Part shown: positions 11,701-22,373 of the stretch, in pieces
Layout of the letters: every line of letters starts with the position of its first letter
Position numbering within the stretch: the stretch's first letter is position 1
The notes under the pieces: model-generated
What the model saw: the letters and a program-made list of their open reading frames with translations, nothing else
Told to the model about the DNA's origin: nothing
The model's database searches: none
Translations under genes and position numbers: made by a program
Assembly (NCBI GenBank): GCA_030704615.1
Contig: CM060731.1
Coordinates: 62,124,001 to 62,188,000, forward strand
DNA from: Takakia lepidozioides
Taxonomy: Eukaryota; Plantae; Bryophyta
Direction of reading: 5' to 3'
DNA length: 64,000 nt

Positions 11701-14700
11701 ACTTTGATGATTCTATGCCAGTAATCCAATTGAGAATTGGAAGCACAACTAACTGATGTACTGATAGATGGAGGCTCTGGAGTGAATATCATGACAGACC
11801 AATTAAGGCAGAAGCTTGGTCTAAGTAACATGAAACCAGCCCCATTTACAGTAACAATGGCAGATCAAAGAAGTGTACAGCCATTGGGATTGATAAGAGG
11901 AGTTAAGATACAGATACAAAAGATGATCTTTATGATCACAGTAACTGTGTTGAAAATGGATGAAGTCATGGAGGCTTACTCCTTATTATTGGGACGTCCG
12001 TGGCTGAAACAGGCCAGGGTATTCCATGACTGGAATTCTCAGTTACTAACTGTGCATAATGGGATGCACAAGATACAAATTACCACTAAGAAATCTAGTA
12101 GATTACCTGCTACGAGAAGACCTCGAGGGGTCAGGGAGTATGACTGGAGGGGAGGACTGGATGAGGAGCAGGAAGCTACCTGTTCGCTGCACACCCAGAG
12201 TGGGAGCAGGTTGCAGAGATGCAGCTGGAAGGCCTAAGTTGTTTAAAAGGTATCTGCTGTGGTGTAGTGACAGCAACACCAATTGAGAGGAAACCAGCAG
12301 TTACCCACCACATTTCTATGAAGAAAGAGAAGGAGAAATGGAAATCCTAGAGGAACCAGCCACTGTGAGTTTACAGGATGAAGTGGTGACTGGTTGGACA
12401 ATCACAGCTGATGAGCAAGTGAGATGTGGGAACTGAAGAGGAACCGAGGATGGTGAAGGTAGGAGCTGATTTGGAGCCAGAATTCTTTGAGGAAGCTAAG
12501 AGTTTGTTCATCAAATACAGAGATGTATTTGCTTGGAGCTACGAGGATCTAAAAGGGATACCACCTGAGATCTGTCAGCATAAGATTGAACTGGAACCAG
12601 GGTCAGTACCAATCAAACAGGCAAGGTACAGAATGAATCCCAACTATGCACAGAAGGTTGGAGAAGAGATCAAGAAGTTGGCTGAGGCTAAGTTTATATA
12701 CCCGATAGAGTATACAACTTGGTTGTCACCATTGTGATAGTTCCCAAGAAGAATGGTAAACTGAGAGTTTGTGTGAACTATAAGAAGTTGAATGCTTGCA
12801 CGAAGAAAGATCCTTTCCCTTTGCCATTCACAGAAGCGGTATTGGACACTGTGGCAGGCCATGAGATGTACTCATTCATGGATGGCTTCAGTGGTTATAA
12901 TCAAGTGCAAGTGGCAGAAGAAGACCAGGGAAAGACAGCTTTCATCACAGACTGGGGTGCTTATGCATACAAAGTCATGCCTTTTGGACTTTGTAATGCA
13001 CCAGCAACCTTTCAGAGAGTGATAAGTGAATCTTTTCATGAGTATCTGGATGATTTCATGCAGGTGTTCTTGGATGATTTCAGTGTGTACAGCTCTAAGA
13101 ATGAGCACTTGCATAAATTGGAGTTATGTTGGCCAGATGCAGAATGAGAGGTCTGGGCCTGAATCCAGAGAAGTGTACTTTCTGTGTGAACTCAGGGGTG
13201 CTTCTGGGACACATTGTGTGTAAGAGGGGACTTCTTGTGGATCCCAGGAAGACAGAGGCCATTAAAGCCTCACCACCACCAGTAAATGTTAAGAGTCTAA
13301 GGAGATTCCTTGGACAAACCAGTTATTACAGAAGATTTGTCAAAAGGTATGCACAGATAGCAGCACCATTGAGCAAGCTTCTGAAGAAAGATGCAGTGTT
13401 TGCATGGACAGCTGAATGTCAACAGGCTTTTGAGGAACTTACATTGTCAGTAACAACTACACCTGTGCTGATTAACCCTCACTGGCATGTAGTATTTCAT
13501 GTTCACTGTGATGCCTCAGGAGAAGCGTTGGGAGCGGTGTTAGCCCAAAATGTTACAGGAAATATAGATTCACCTGTGTACTATGCTAGCAGGTTGATGA
13601 ACAGTGCTGAAAGGAACTATAGCACAACTGAAAGAGAAGCACTGGCAATGATTTATGCAGTCAAGAAATTCAGGCATTACCTATTGGGAAGAAAGTTTAT
13701 GTTTTATGTGGATCACCAGGCTCTGATATATCTGGTGAACAAACCTTTGATAAGTGGAAGGATAGCGAGGTGGTTAATAATCTTGCACGAGTTTGAGTTC
13801 GAAGTTGTTTACAAGCCTGGCCGTTTGCATCTTGTGGCAGATCATTGTCACGACTAACAACAGGAGAGCCGCCACAGGAGTTGACGATCAATTACCTGAT
13901 GCGAGTTTATTTGTAATGGAGGTGCAAGGAAGTGCAGATGAATGGTTAGATTGGCAGTGGCCAATCAGATACTACCTTACTCATGGTCAGTGCCCACCTA
14001 GTTATGGTAAGGAGCAGAGGAAGAGAATCGCTATCAAGGCTTTACCTTATACTATGGTAGGGGCAGAATGTATAGCTAGGACCTGATGGAGTACTTAAAC
14101 GATGCTTGTACCACCATGAAGTAAATAAAGTTTTGGAGGAAGTTCATAAAGGAGTGGCTGGAGGTCATTTTGGAGAAGAGACTACCAGTAGGAAGATACT
14201 ACTTGCAGGTTACTGGTGGCCTACTTTGTTCAAAGATGTACACAAGTATTGTCAGAGTTGTGATGAATGTCAGAGGCTAGGACCTTTGCAGAGATCTGGG
14301 AAGATGGCTTTGCATCCTACGATGCCTACTGAACCATTTCAGAAATGGGGACTAGACTTTGTTGGACCAATTAACCCACCGGAACAAGTACATAATTACA
14401 GCCACTGATTATACTACGAAGTGGGTGGAAGCTAAAGCTTTGAGGGACAACACAGCCAAGTCCACAGCAAGGTTCCTGTATGAGAACATACTTACACGAT
14501 TTGGCTGTCCCTTGGAATTTATCAGTGACCAGGGAAGTCACTTCATTAATGAGACCATTGATCTATTGACTAAAGAGTTCATGATTGTGCATAGGAAGAG
14601 TACAACGTATTACCCACAGGGTAATGGGCAGGCAGAGGCTACCAAAAATACTATGTACTATCTTGGCTAAGATAGTCAATGCAAAGAACGGATTGGGATA

Positions 14701-15170
14701 CAAAGCTGCTGACAGCTTTGTGGTCATACAGACTTCATATAAAGTCACCACTAAGTATACACCATTCCAATTAGTTTATGGAAGCTTTACTTCCAGTGGA
14801 ATTCTTGTTACCTACCATGAGAACGGAATGGGGAAAGAGAATGGAATTGGAAGATTCAATTAAGGTCAGGAAACATGAATTATACCATGTGGAAGAAGTA
14901 CGTGCTGATGCAGCTGATAACATGACCAGAATTCAGATGAAGAGAAGGAACAGTTTGATGAAGGCAAGTTAAAGACTTTTAAGACGGAGATTTGGTTCTC
15001 TGGTTGCAGAAGAAGGGAAGATTAAAGCTTCTAAGCTTAAATCACCATGGAAAGGACCTTATGTCATACAGAAGATGTATGATAACAACACCGCCATGTT
15101 ACAACCATTAACAAGAGATGCTGGGAAGAGTCAATGCCAATAAGTTGAAGGGGTACAGTGGTATCCATGA
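11701..15170 (+). pseudogene. pol of family A copy 2 (protease, RT, RNase H, integrase with GPY motif)
   Basis: VLIDGGSGVNIM; FMDGFSGYNQV and FLDDFSV; HCDASGEALGAVL; HKGVAGGHFG..CQSCDEC, WGLDFVGP, SDQGSHF, PQGNGQAE; WKGPY near 15047. Confidence 0.92.
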
Positions 15171-15806
15171 CAAACCATTGCAGCACAATTTGCATGTTGA
15201 AACGCAGAAGCAGTCACGGGCTGCGCCAGTGATACCAACGGGTATGGAGCACTTGTCACTAGCCGAGCGTATATGACCAGGGCGGGCAGGCGACACAGCC
15301 TATCACAGCCCATCACAGCGTCACACACAGCCTATCAGTGCGTATCACGTGGCCTATCAGTAGCCTATCACACCACAGTGCACACATCCTATCACACACA
15401 GTATGACACAGCTGTCACAGCTCAACACAACCTACTGGGTTACACAATCCATAGGATCAGTGATAGGTGGACGTGGGTTAACATTCGGAAAGTGGCCAGC
15501 GGAAAAGTGGACGGAGGCACATTTAGAAATGGACACGTGGACGCCAGAGCGAGACACACAGCCGGACATGGATTGCAAAAGCAAGTGTCATCAAGAAAGA
15601 AGAAAAAATTGGCCGTCAAAGTACCTACCCGGCACATTAACTTATTATGGGGCCATTAATGCATACAGGGAACGGGTAACGGAACCCTTTACAAGTACCA
15701 AAAAGCAAAATCCAGGTCATATGTGTTATCCTAGTGGACAGTCCAGGGGGGAAAAACCATGGAAGGAAATTAAATTACAAAACAATCACACAGCCAACAG
15801 CCAATC

Positions 15807-18800
15807 ATGAGCCAGAATTACCTGCAGAGGGTATTTTCCAAGAAGCGAAATCAAGAAATTGGAGGGATTCTGAGCGCAAGAGTCGGCGTCGTTCCAAGTA
15901 ACGGGCGTCTCGACGGGAGAGACAATCAAAGCTATAGCTTTGAAGCTATGGCGGAAATAACAGACTACACGCTCGCCTTACTACTTACGCAGTGGCACAA
16001 GGACAGACGAACGGAGAGTACATTTTCTCTAAGTCAATACTTGCAAGCCCCACAGGCTTACAAGCACTTACCCATTGCATTCTGCGCCAACCATACTTTT
16101 ATGCTTTGTGCCCTGCAGGCGTTTCTTCAGTTGTTGCAACCAAAACCTTTCTGTTTGTCTAGAATGAAGAGAGTGAGAGGAATGGAAGATATCAGGGTGA
16201 AAGCACCACAATCTTACAGAAGCAAACGATCGCTGCACCACAGGCGGTGCAGCTACTGAAGGAGCTGCGATTGGAGGGATTGCTACGCAAGGACTGGTCC
16301 TTGCATCATCGGCAGTTCATGATACAATTTCTTCAAACTTTGAGCCTCGGACAGGAGTTACTCAGGTGAGGGGAGTAGATATAGAAATTACTCCCCAGTA
16401 CCTGCAGCAACTGTTTGATTTGCCATCAGGACATGTGGAGGTGGATGAGCACAGGGCAAGATTGCAGATAAGGAATTTGTTCCAAGAAGGGAGTTTCTTT
16501 AAAACTCAAGGTTTTGCTTGTACCAAAGCCGAGTACCCAGGGCTTAGGGAGGTTGGCCAAATCTTGAACGTTCTGTTTGCCATGAAACAGAACCAACAGT
16601 ATTTGAGCAGGTCCTTCACAGAGGAGATCCTGAAAGCTTTGAGGGGAGAGAATGTCGCTTGGGCGGAGTTAATGTACAACGGATTGGTGGACGAGATGAA
16701 GAGGTTACAGGGCACTGCTGCTAAGTCTCCCATCATTGTGTCCGGTCCAATCATTGCTCAAATAATTCCTGATTCTTGCATACTTGATACTCGAAAGGAG
16801 ATGGGAGTGTTTGAAACAGAAACACTGCATTGAAGAGCAAGGCTCTTCACACAGTGAGGGTGGACTGGCAGTGCAACCCCAGTCTAAGAGACAGAGGCGG
16901 GAAAGACTGTAGTGGCGGATCCACTGCTTCACGGAAACCGCACGATAATGTTTCCCAAGCTCTTGTGCAGGATGGGGCACAACAGCACAGAGAGCTGCTA
17001 TTATTGGAAGCAAGGCCTTCAGAGAGGGAAGAGGAAGTCACTTCGATACACAGCCACCACAACCAATTGACTCTGTTGTTTTAGAGGTTCCACAGTTAGT
17101 ATATGTTGTGGCATCACCCCCAATTGCTCAGGAAGGAGAAAGATTGGACATTCCCACTACAGAGCAGGTCGTGGCCGAAATTGAGAAGGGTGACCTTCTC
17201 TATGAAAATTCTGGCTTGAAGGGAAACAGTGATTCCAGAGGTGCAGCGGTTGTCCAGGGAAACCCTTGTGCATGTAATAACCACACCTGTGACGGAGGTA
17301 CCAGGGGGAGAATATCAAGACACTGCAGCACCCTGTGGTGGATGAGGTGTTTCAGGAAGAAAATCTGGTGGGGGCAATGGCCTGAATGGTTCGTGAGGCA
17401 TCACACTGTTGAGGATCAGGGAGAACAGCAGCAAACTCACCATGATGACCCTCAGCAGGCCATGCTTATGAGTTCCATAAGCAGGACACTTAATTTGTTG
17501 GGCACTTATGTGAAATCCCATGTTCCATCTACCCAATTGGCAGCTTTGAGGGAGGAACTCAGGAAGGAGTTTGAGGCTCGACTTGCCACTGAGTGTGCAA
17601 ACAAGGTCGATGAGGAGGTCACTCTCAAGTTACAGCAAGAGTTAGAGGATACAACAGCTGCTTTGCAGTTGGCCAAGGAACATTTGATTGAAGCAGGCCT
17701 CGCGCAGACCAGTTGCACGAAGCACATAAACAACAGCTATACCAAATGCAGGTGAAACATGAGAGCAAGTTGCAAGAAGTGAATGCACTACATACAGAGT
17801 TGCAGACAGTACATGAGAGGATGGCCATACAATGTGCTACACTCACAACTACGCTTGAGCAAACTACAATAGAAGTTAACAGAAGATGTATGAAGGCAGA
17901 GGCAGAGAATGTCGAGCAGGTGAAACTCATTGTTGATATGAAGAATACAATCTGTCGCAATGAGAATACTTTCAAGCAATACAGACAGGTTGAAGCTAAC
18001 CAAGAGAGGTACATCCTGGAATTGCAACAAACGGTCATGGTAATAGAAATGAACTCTCTGTGGCTAACAAGGCTTGGAAGGAAGCCAATAATCTGGCTGC
18101 TGCCTATGCGAGTTTGGTTGAACCTCATGCGAAGCGCATTGAGGCTTTACAGTAGCAGATAGATGTGTACAGGCTCACAGAGGAGCAGACTCTCAGGGGT
18201 GCCACACGCAACTTGGTGGATAACCACCTTATGCAGGTCTGGTTAGCACAAGGGCCGGTGGAAGGCAAAGCACCACGGAAGCTCACCCAAGGCGAGATGA
18301 ATGAACTCAGACTGTAGGTGCAGAACATTGCCACAACTACTATAGACAATGTCTATAGTAGGATAGCGGAGTTACAGGAGGATGTAGACGGCCTGCAGAC
18401 TCAGGTGGAGGACCTGACATCAAATATTGACAAGAGTCTTTGTACCTGAGGAGCAGCTAATGGCTTCTTATTTACAAGCCAGAACTTTAGCTTTTCAGTC
18501 TTCTTCGCAGGGGGTGCAGGAGATGCCAGTGGTACAAGAGCCAGTGCTACCAATACCACAACAAGTGACTGTGCCAGTAGCTGACCCTGTTGTTACTACA
18601 GCCACACCACAGCCGCCACAGCCTGAGGTATGGGGGGATGCTGCTTTTAACCCACCTAAAACTCCTGCTGCACGGGAGTACAGTCGGGCTATGATTATGC
18701 CCTTCAACAAAATTCCATTGTGTTGGATTTGGCTTGGAAAGAATTTAGTCCGCAGTCGTTGGCACATTATTACCAGATCATGCGCATTTGGCTGCCAGTG

Positions 18801-19679
18801 GCAACTAGGACTAAGGTTCTTCCGAACAATCGACCCATTGAGGATCATCACTTTGCGAGGTACTGACATGAGGCAAGTACCATGTTGAAGGAATTAATTG
18901 CCTTCCAAGTTGTACATGGATTCATTTATACCAAGACCAAGGAGGTAGCAAGTATTGTCATGGGCTGCGGGTTTACTATGCTGCTTGTTTTCTGGCACGT
19001 TATCACATTGAGCAGCAGAAGATGCAATCGCGCTTTCTGAGTTATTCCAGTGGGGATCATTGGGTCTTACCTTCAGTGCCACCTTATATGTACCTATATG
19101 AGGCAAAAGTTATGATGCAAAAGGATTCTCAAATTCGTTCATGGTTTCATTCGGCCTGGAACAATTTGTCAACACAAAAATTCGGGCCTGATGATATTTT
19201 CTTTAAGGGACATGAGGCATGGAAATACTTGCACTGTTCTCAAGTCATTGGCACACCACTCATCTATACAAACAAGGAGTTCAGGGTCTTCACCAATTTT
19301 TCAATTCAGCGCTTACAACAAGTTTTACAGATTAAACTTCCAGACATGGTGGGACCACATTGTATGCCCCAGAGGATTCCAGTTAGAGTTCGACCGTTAA
19401 AACACCTCAGGGGGAAGACAATTCTGATACTACTGGCGGGACTCTTTTGACATGGTAGAGGACTATGCAATTCAGATGGCCGAGAAGAAGCGACGGGGGT
19501 CTCCTATGCCTGAGAGATTACCTCGATATCAGCCAAAGGAGGGACTGACATTTCCAGGTAGTGCTCAATCATCTTCGTCAACCAGTGACAGGACTCGGGC
19601 TTGCACACGGAGTCCTTCACGAGACTCTCACCGTCAGAAGGGTGCTCGCTCACAAAGGTTTGCTAATCCCAAACAGTAA
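15807..19679 (+). pseudogene. Additional ORF region between pol and the 3' LTR (Athila-type accessory protein-like N-part, coiled coil), frameshifted
   Basis: Chain of sense-strand ORF fragments. VRGVDIEITPQYLQQLFDLP resembles plant retroelement accessory-ORF motifs. Heptad-rich segment at 17530-18420. Confidence 0.55.
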
Positions 19680-19700
19680 ACCGTGAGGACACGACTTTTT

Positions 19701-19714
19701 GAGAGGGGGAAGGG
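19701..19714 (+). promoter_or_regulatory. Polypurine tract of family A
   Basis: GAGAGGGGGAAGGG before the LTR start TGTTAGAG at 19719. Confidence 0.85.
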
Positions 19715-19718
19715 TAAA

Positions 19719-20569
19719 TGTTAGAGGGCTGCTTGGGACTTAGACGTTTTTACGGGTTCTGTGGGGTACCCTTAATTTTTACACAGACTGAGACGAACAG
19801 GAGCCTTAGGGGTGACAGCAGCAGGTTAGAGGGCTGCTTGGGACTTAGACGCTTTTACGGGTTCTGTGGGGTACCCTTAATTTTACATAGACTGAGACGA
19901 ACAGGAGCCTTAGGGGTGACAGCAGAAGGCTTTAGGGACGAGGATTACACAGCCCGACATAGCCAGACACAGCCTGTCACAGCCAATACAGCCTGCCACA
20001 GCTTCGTACAGCCAGTCACAGCCCAGCACAGCCCGACACAGCCGACACAGCCCGTCACAGCCACAGCTTCGCACAGCCGCACACAACCGACACAGCCAAT
20101 CACAGCCCGCCAAAGCTTCGCACAGCCCGACACAGCCTTACACAGCCAATCACACACAGCCTACATCTTCGCACAGCCAGTCACAGGCCGACACAGCCAC
20201 AGCTTCGCACAGCCGACGCAGCCGACACAAAGCCAGTCACAGCCCGCCACAGCTTCGCACAGCCCGACACAGCTGACACAAGCCAGTCACAGCCCGACAC
20301 AGCCTTACAGCCAGTCACAGCCAACACAGCCTGCCACAGCTTCGCACAGCAGTCACAGCCAGCACAGCCCGACACAGCCAACACAGCCCGTCACAGCCGC
20401 CACAGCTTCGCACAGCCGACACAGCCAGTCACAGCCCACCACAGCTTCGCACAGCCCGACACAGCTGACACAGCCAGTCACAGCCAGTCACAGGTCGGCA
20501 TAGTTTGACACAGCTTGTCACAGTACATAGGGAACAATTATCATTGGCAGGGAACGACTGTGAAGGAAC
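19719..20569 (+). repeat. Partial 3' LTR of A copy 2, with a ~105-bp tandem duplication and an expanded (CACAGCC)-type minisatellite
   Basis: 19719-19822 is repeated at ~19825-19925. CACAGC units run over ~19945-20495, against a much shorter tract at ~22141-22250. Confidence 0.9.
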
Positions 20570-20605
20570 CAGAGATTCTGGGTTCGATCCCCAGTATGGT
20601 CGCCA
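20567..20605 (+). other. Retro-copied 3' half of mature tRNA-Arg(ACG) including CCA (not a tRNA gene)
   Basis: AACCAGAGATTCTGGGTTCGATCCCCAGTATGGTCGCCA contains the anticodon-stem 3' strand, variable loop, T-arm GGTTCGATCC, acceptor strand and CCA. It matches my recollection of plant tRNA-Arg(ACG). Confidence 0.8.
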
Positions 20606-21394
20606 AATGTTGAGCGGCTTTTACTCACCCATCCCTTCGCTATCCGAGGTGGAAACTCCAAGATAGAAGAGTTGGATATCTCCAAGCACTCAGCCCGCTC
20701 AGTACAATCAGTCATGACCTGCAGCTAGTGAATCATGGTTGTGCTTCCCCTTTGTATTCCTCTCTCCCAAAGATATGGATAATTAGCTTTCAGATAACTT
20801 TCTCTTTTTGCTGAATATCTCTGGAGTCTAGCTTCTCTTTCATCACTCATGTCCCATGTCTTTCATTTCTTTAATGTGGCAGTAACCAAAACTCTCTTCT
20901 GTAGTATCTCTCGTATATGCCTGGGTTTCTTTCAAGCTTCAATGCACCCTTGGCTATATTAGAAGTCTCCGTTATCATATAACCATATGGCAAACAAGTC
21001 TGGAAAGCTGTTCTTGGTGTGAGTTTGATCCACAAAATATCATTTCCTCCCAGCCTTCAAACTCTACTCGCTTAATGGATAACAATGCTATCACATAAAC
21101 CAATGTTGGTAACCAAAGTGCTCTTCCTCTACAGGCCACCTGATAAATCTTTATCGCTCCCTTCTCCAGACCCCACTCAAGGTCAGCATCATGCACTCTT
21201 TTAAGAATGTTTTCTTTACAACCGTCTGACAATTCCAAGAACCTTTGAAAGAATCGTTTGGACAATCTTTCCTTCTCAGTTTCACAGGGAATTTGATTCA
21301 CATCAAATTCTTTAATTCTCCAACCACCATGATCCCACCAGATGCCTGTCACATCTGGTTGTTCAAGACTTAGTTCCCCAGTATGGTCACCAAA

Positions 21395-22373
21395 TGTCGA
21401 GCGGCTTTTACTCACCCATCCCTTCGCTATCTGAGGTGGAAACTCCAAGATAGAAGAGTTGGATATCTTCAAGCACTCAGCCCGCTCAGTACAATCAATC
21501 ATGACCTGCAGCTAGTGAATCATGGTTGTGCTTCCCCTTTGTATTCCTTCTTGCCTTCATGTTATCAATTTACCTTATCTGATACTGAAGCATCAATTTG
21601 CTTCAGTATCTTCTTAGTTCCAGTTAATCATGCATTCATTTCACAGCTTCACTCATGTCTCTCTACACAGTGTGCTTGTATCGAATAAGTATCAGATTAT
21701 GATTTATCAGGTACTAGGCCAATGTCAAGTGACTCTAATCCACTCTACAGTATCACTACCAGTCTGCCTGAAATAAACATCTACTGTACATCTCTCCTCC
21801 TTCTCCGTGCTCTCGTTCTTGCTCTCCGCTTGATCTCCTCTCCTCCATGACCAAGCAGTGCTCCCCGAAGTGTGTCCCCCCTCCTTCTCCGTGCTCTCGT
21901 TTTTGCTCTCCGCTTGATCTCCTCTCCTCCATGACCAAGCAGTGCTCCCCAAAGTGTGTCCCCCCTAGAAGTCTCCACTCTCCGCTGTATCTACCTACAA
22001 GCTGTTCTAACCGCCTTGCTAACAATTAACCGTCATCCCTAATGTAACACGTTCTTTCTGCAGATGTCGTTCCTTCACAGTCATTCTTTGCTAATGATAA
22101 CTGTTCCCTATGTACTGTGACAAGCTGTGTCAAACTATGCCGAGCTGTGACTGGCTGTGTAAGGCTCTGTCGGGCTGTGACTGGCTGTGACTAGCTGTGA
22201 CGGGCTGTGCTGGCTGTGACTGGCTGTGCGAAGCTGTGGCAGGCTGTGTAACCCTCGTCCCTAAAGCCTGCTGCTGTCACCCCTAAGGCTCATGTTCGTC
22301 TCAGTCTGTGTAAAAATTAAGGGTACCCCACAGAACCCGTAAAAGCGTCTAAGTCCCAAGCAGCACTCTAACA
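21395..22373 (-). repeat. 5' LTR of family A copy 1 (PBS at 21375-21392)
   Basis: TG...CA ends on the minus strand, followed by TGGTGACCATACTGGGGA. Confidence 0.9.

Larger units (their letters stand above)
8194..20569 (+). mobile_element. Ty3/Gypsy family A, copy 2 (non-chromovirus, Athila/Tat-like), with incomplete LTRs at both ends
   Basis: Partial LTR 8194-8855, PBS, gag-pol, extra ORF region, PPT, partial LTR 19719-20569. A ~75-bp segment (GGCATAGTTTG...GAAGGAAC) is repeated at both ends. Confidence 0.9.
1..22373 (-). mobile_element. Ty3/Gypsy LTR retrotransposon family A, copy 1 (5' LTR, PBS, leader, gag; pol and 3' LTR lie off the left edge), interrupted twice
   Basis: Minus-strand pieces 22373-20761, 8193-7676 and 1840-1 are collinear with the plus-strand copy (LTR, leader and gag up to ~11660). 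LTR starts TGTTAGAG at 22373 and ends TCGACA at 21395. Confidence 0.9.

Noticed and set aside
19718-20503. 261-aa Q/P/T/S-rich ORF
   Set aside because: It is the translation of the stop-free CACAGCC minisatellite inside the LTR.
20567-20605. Functional tRNA gene
   Set aside because: Only the 3' half is present, CCA is encoded, and it is fused to LTR sequence.
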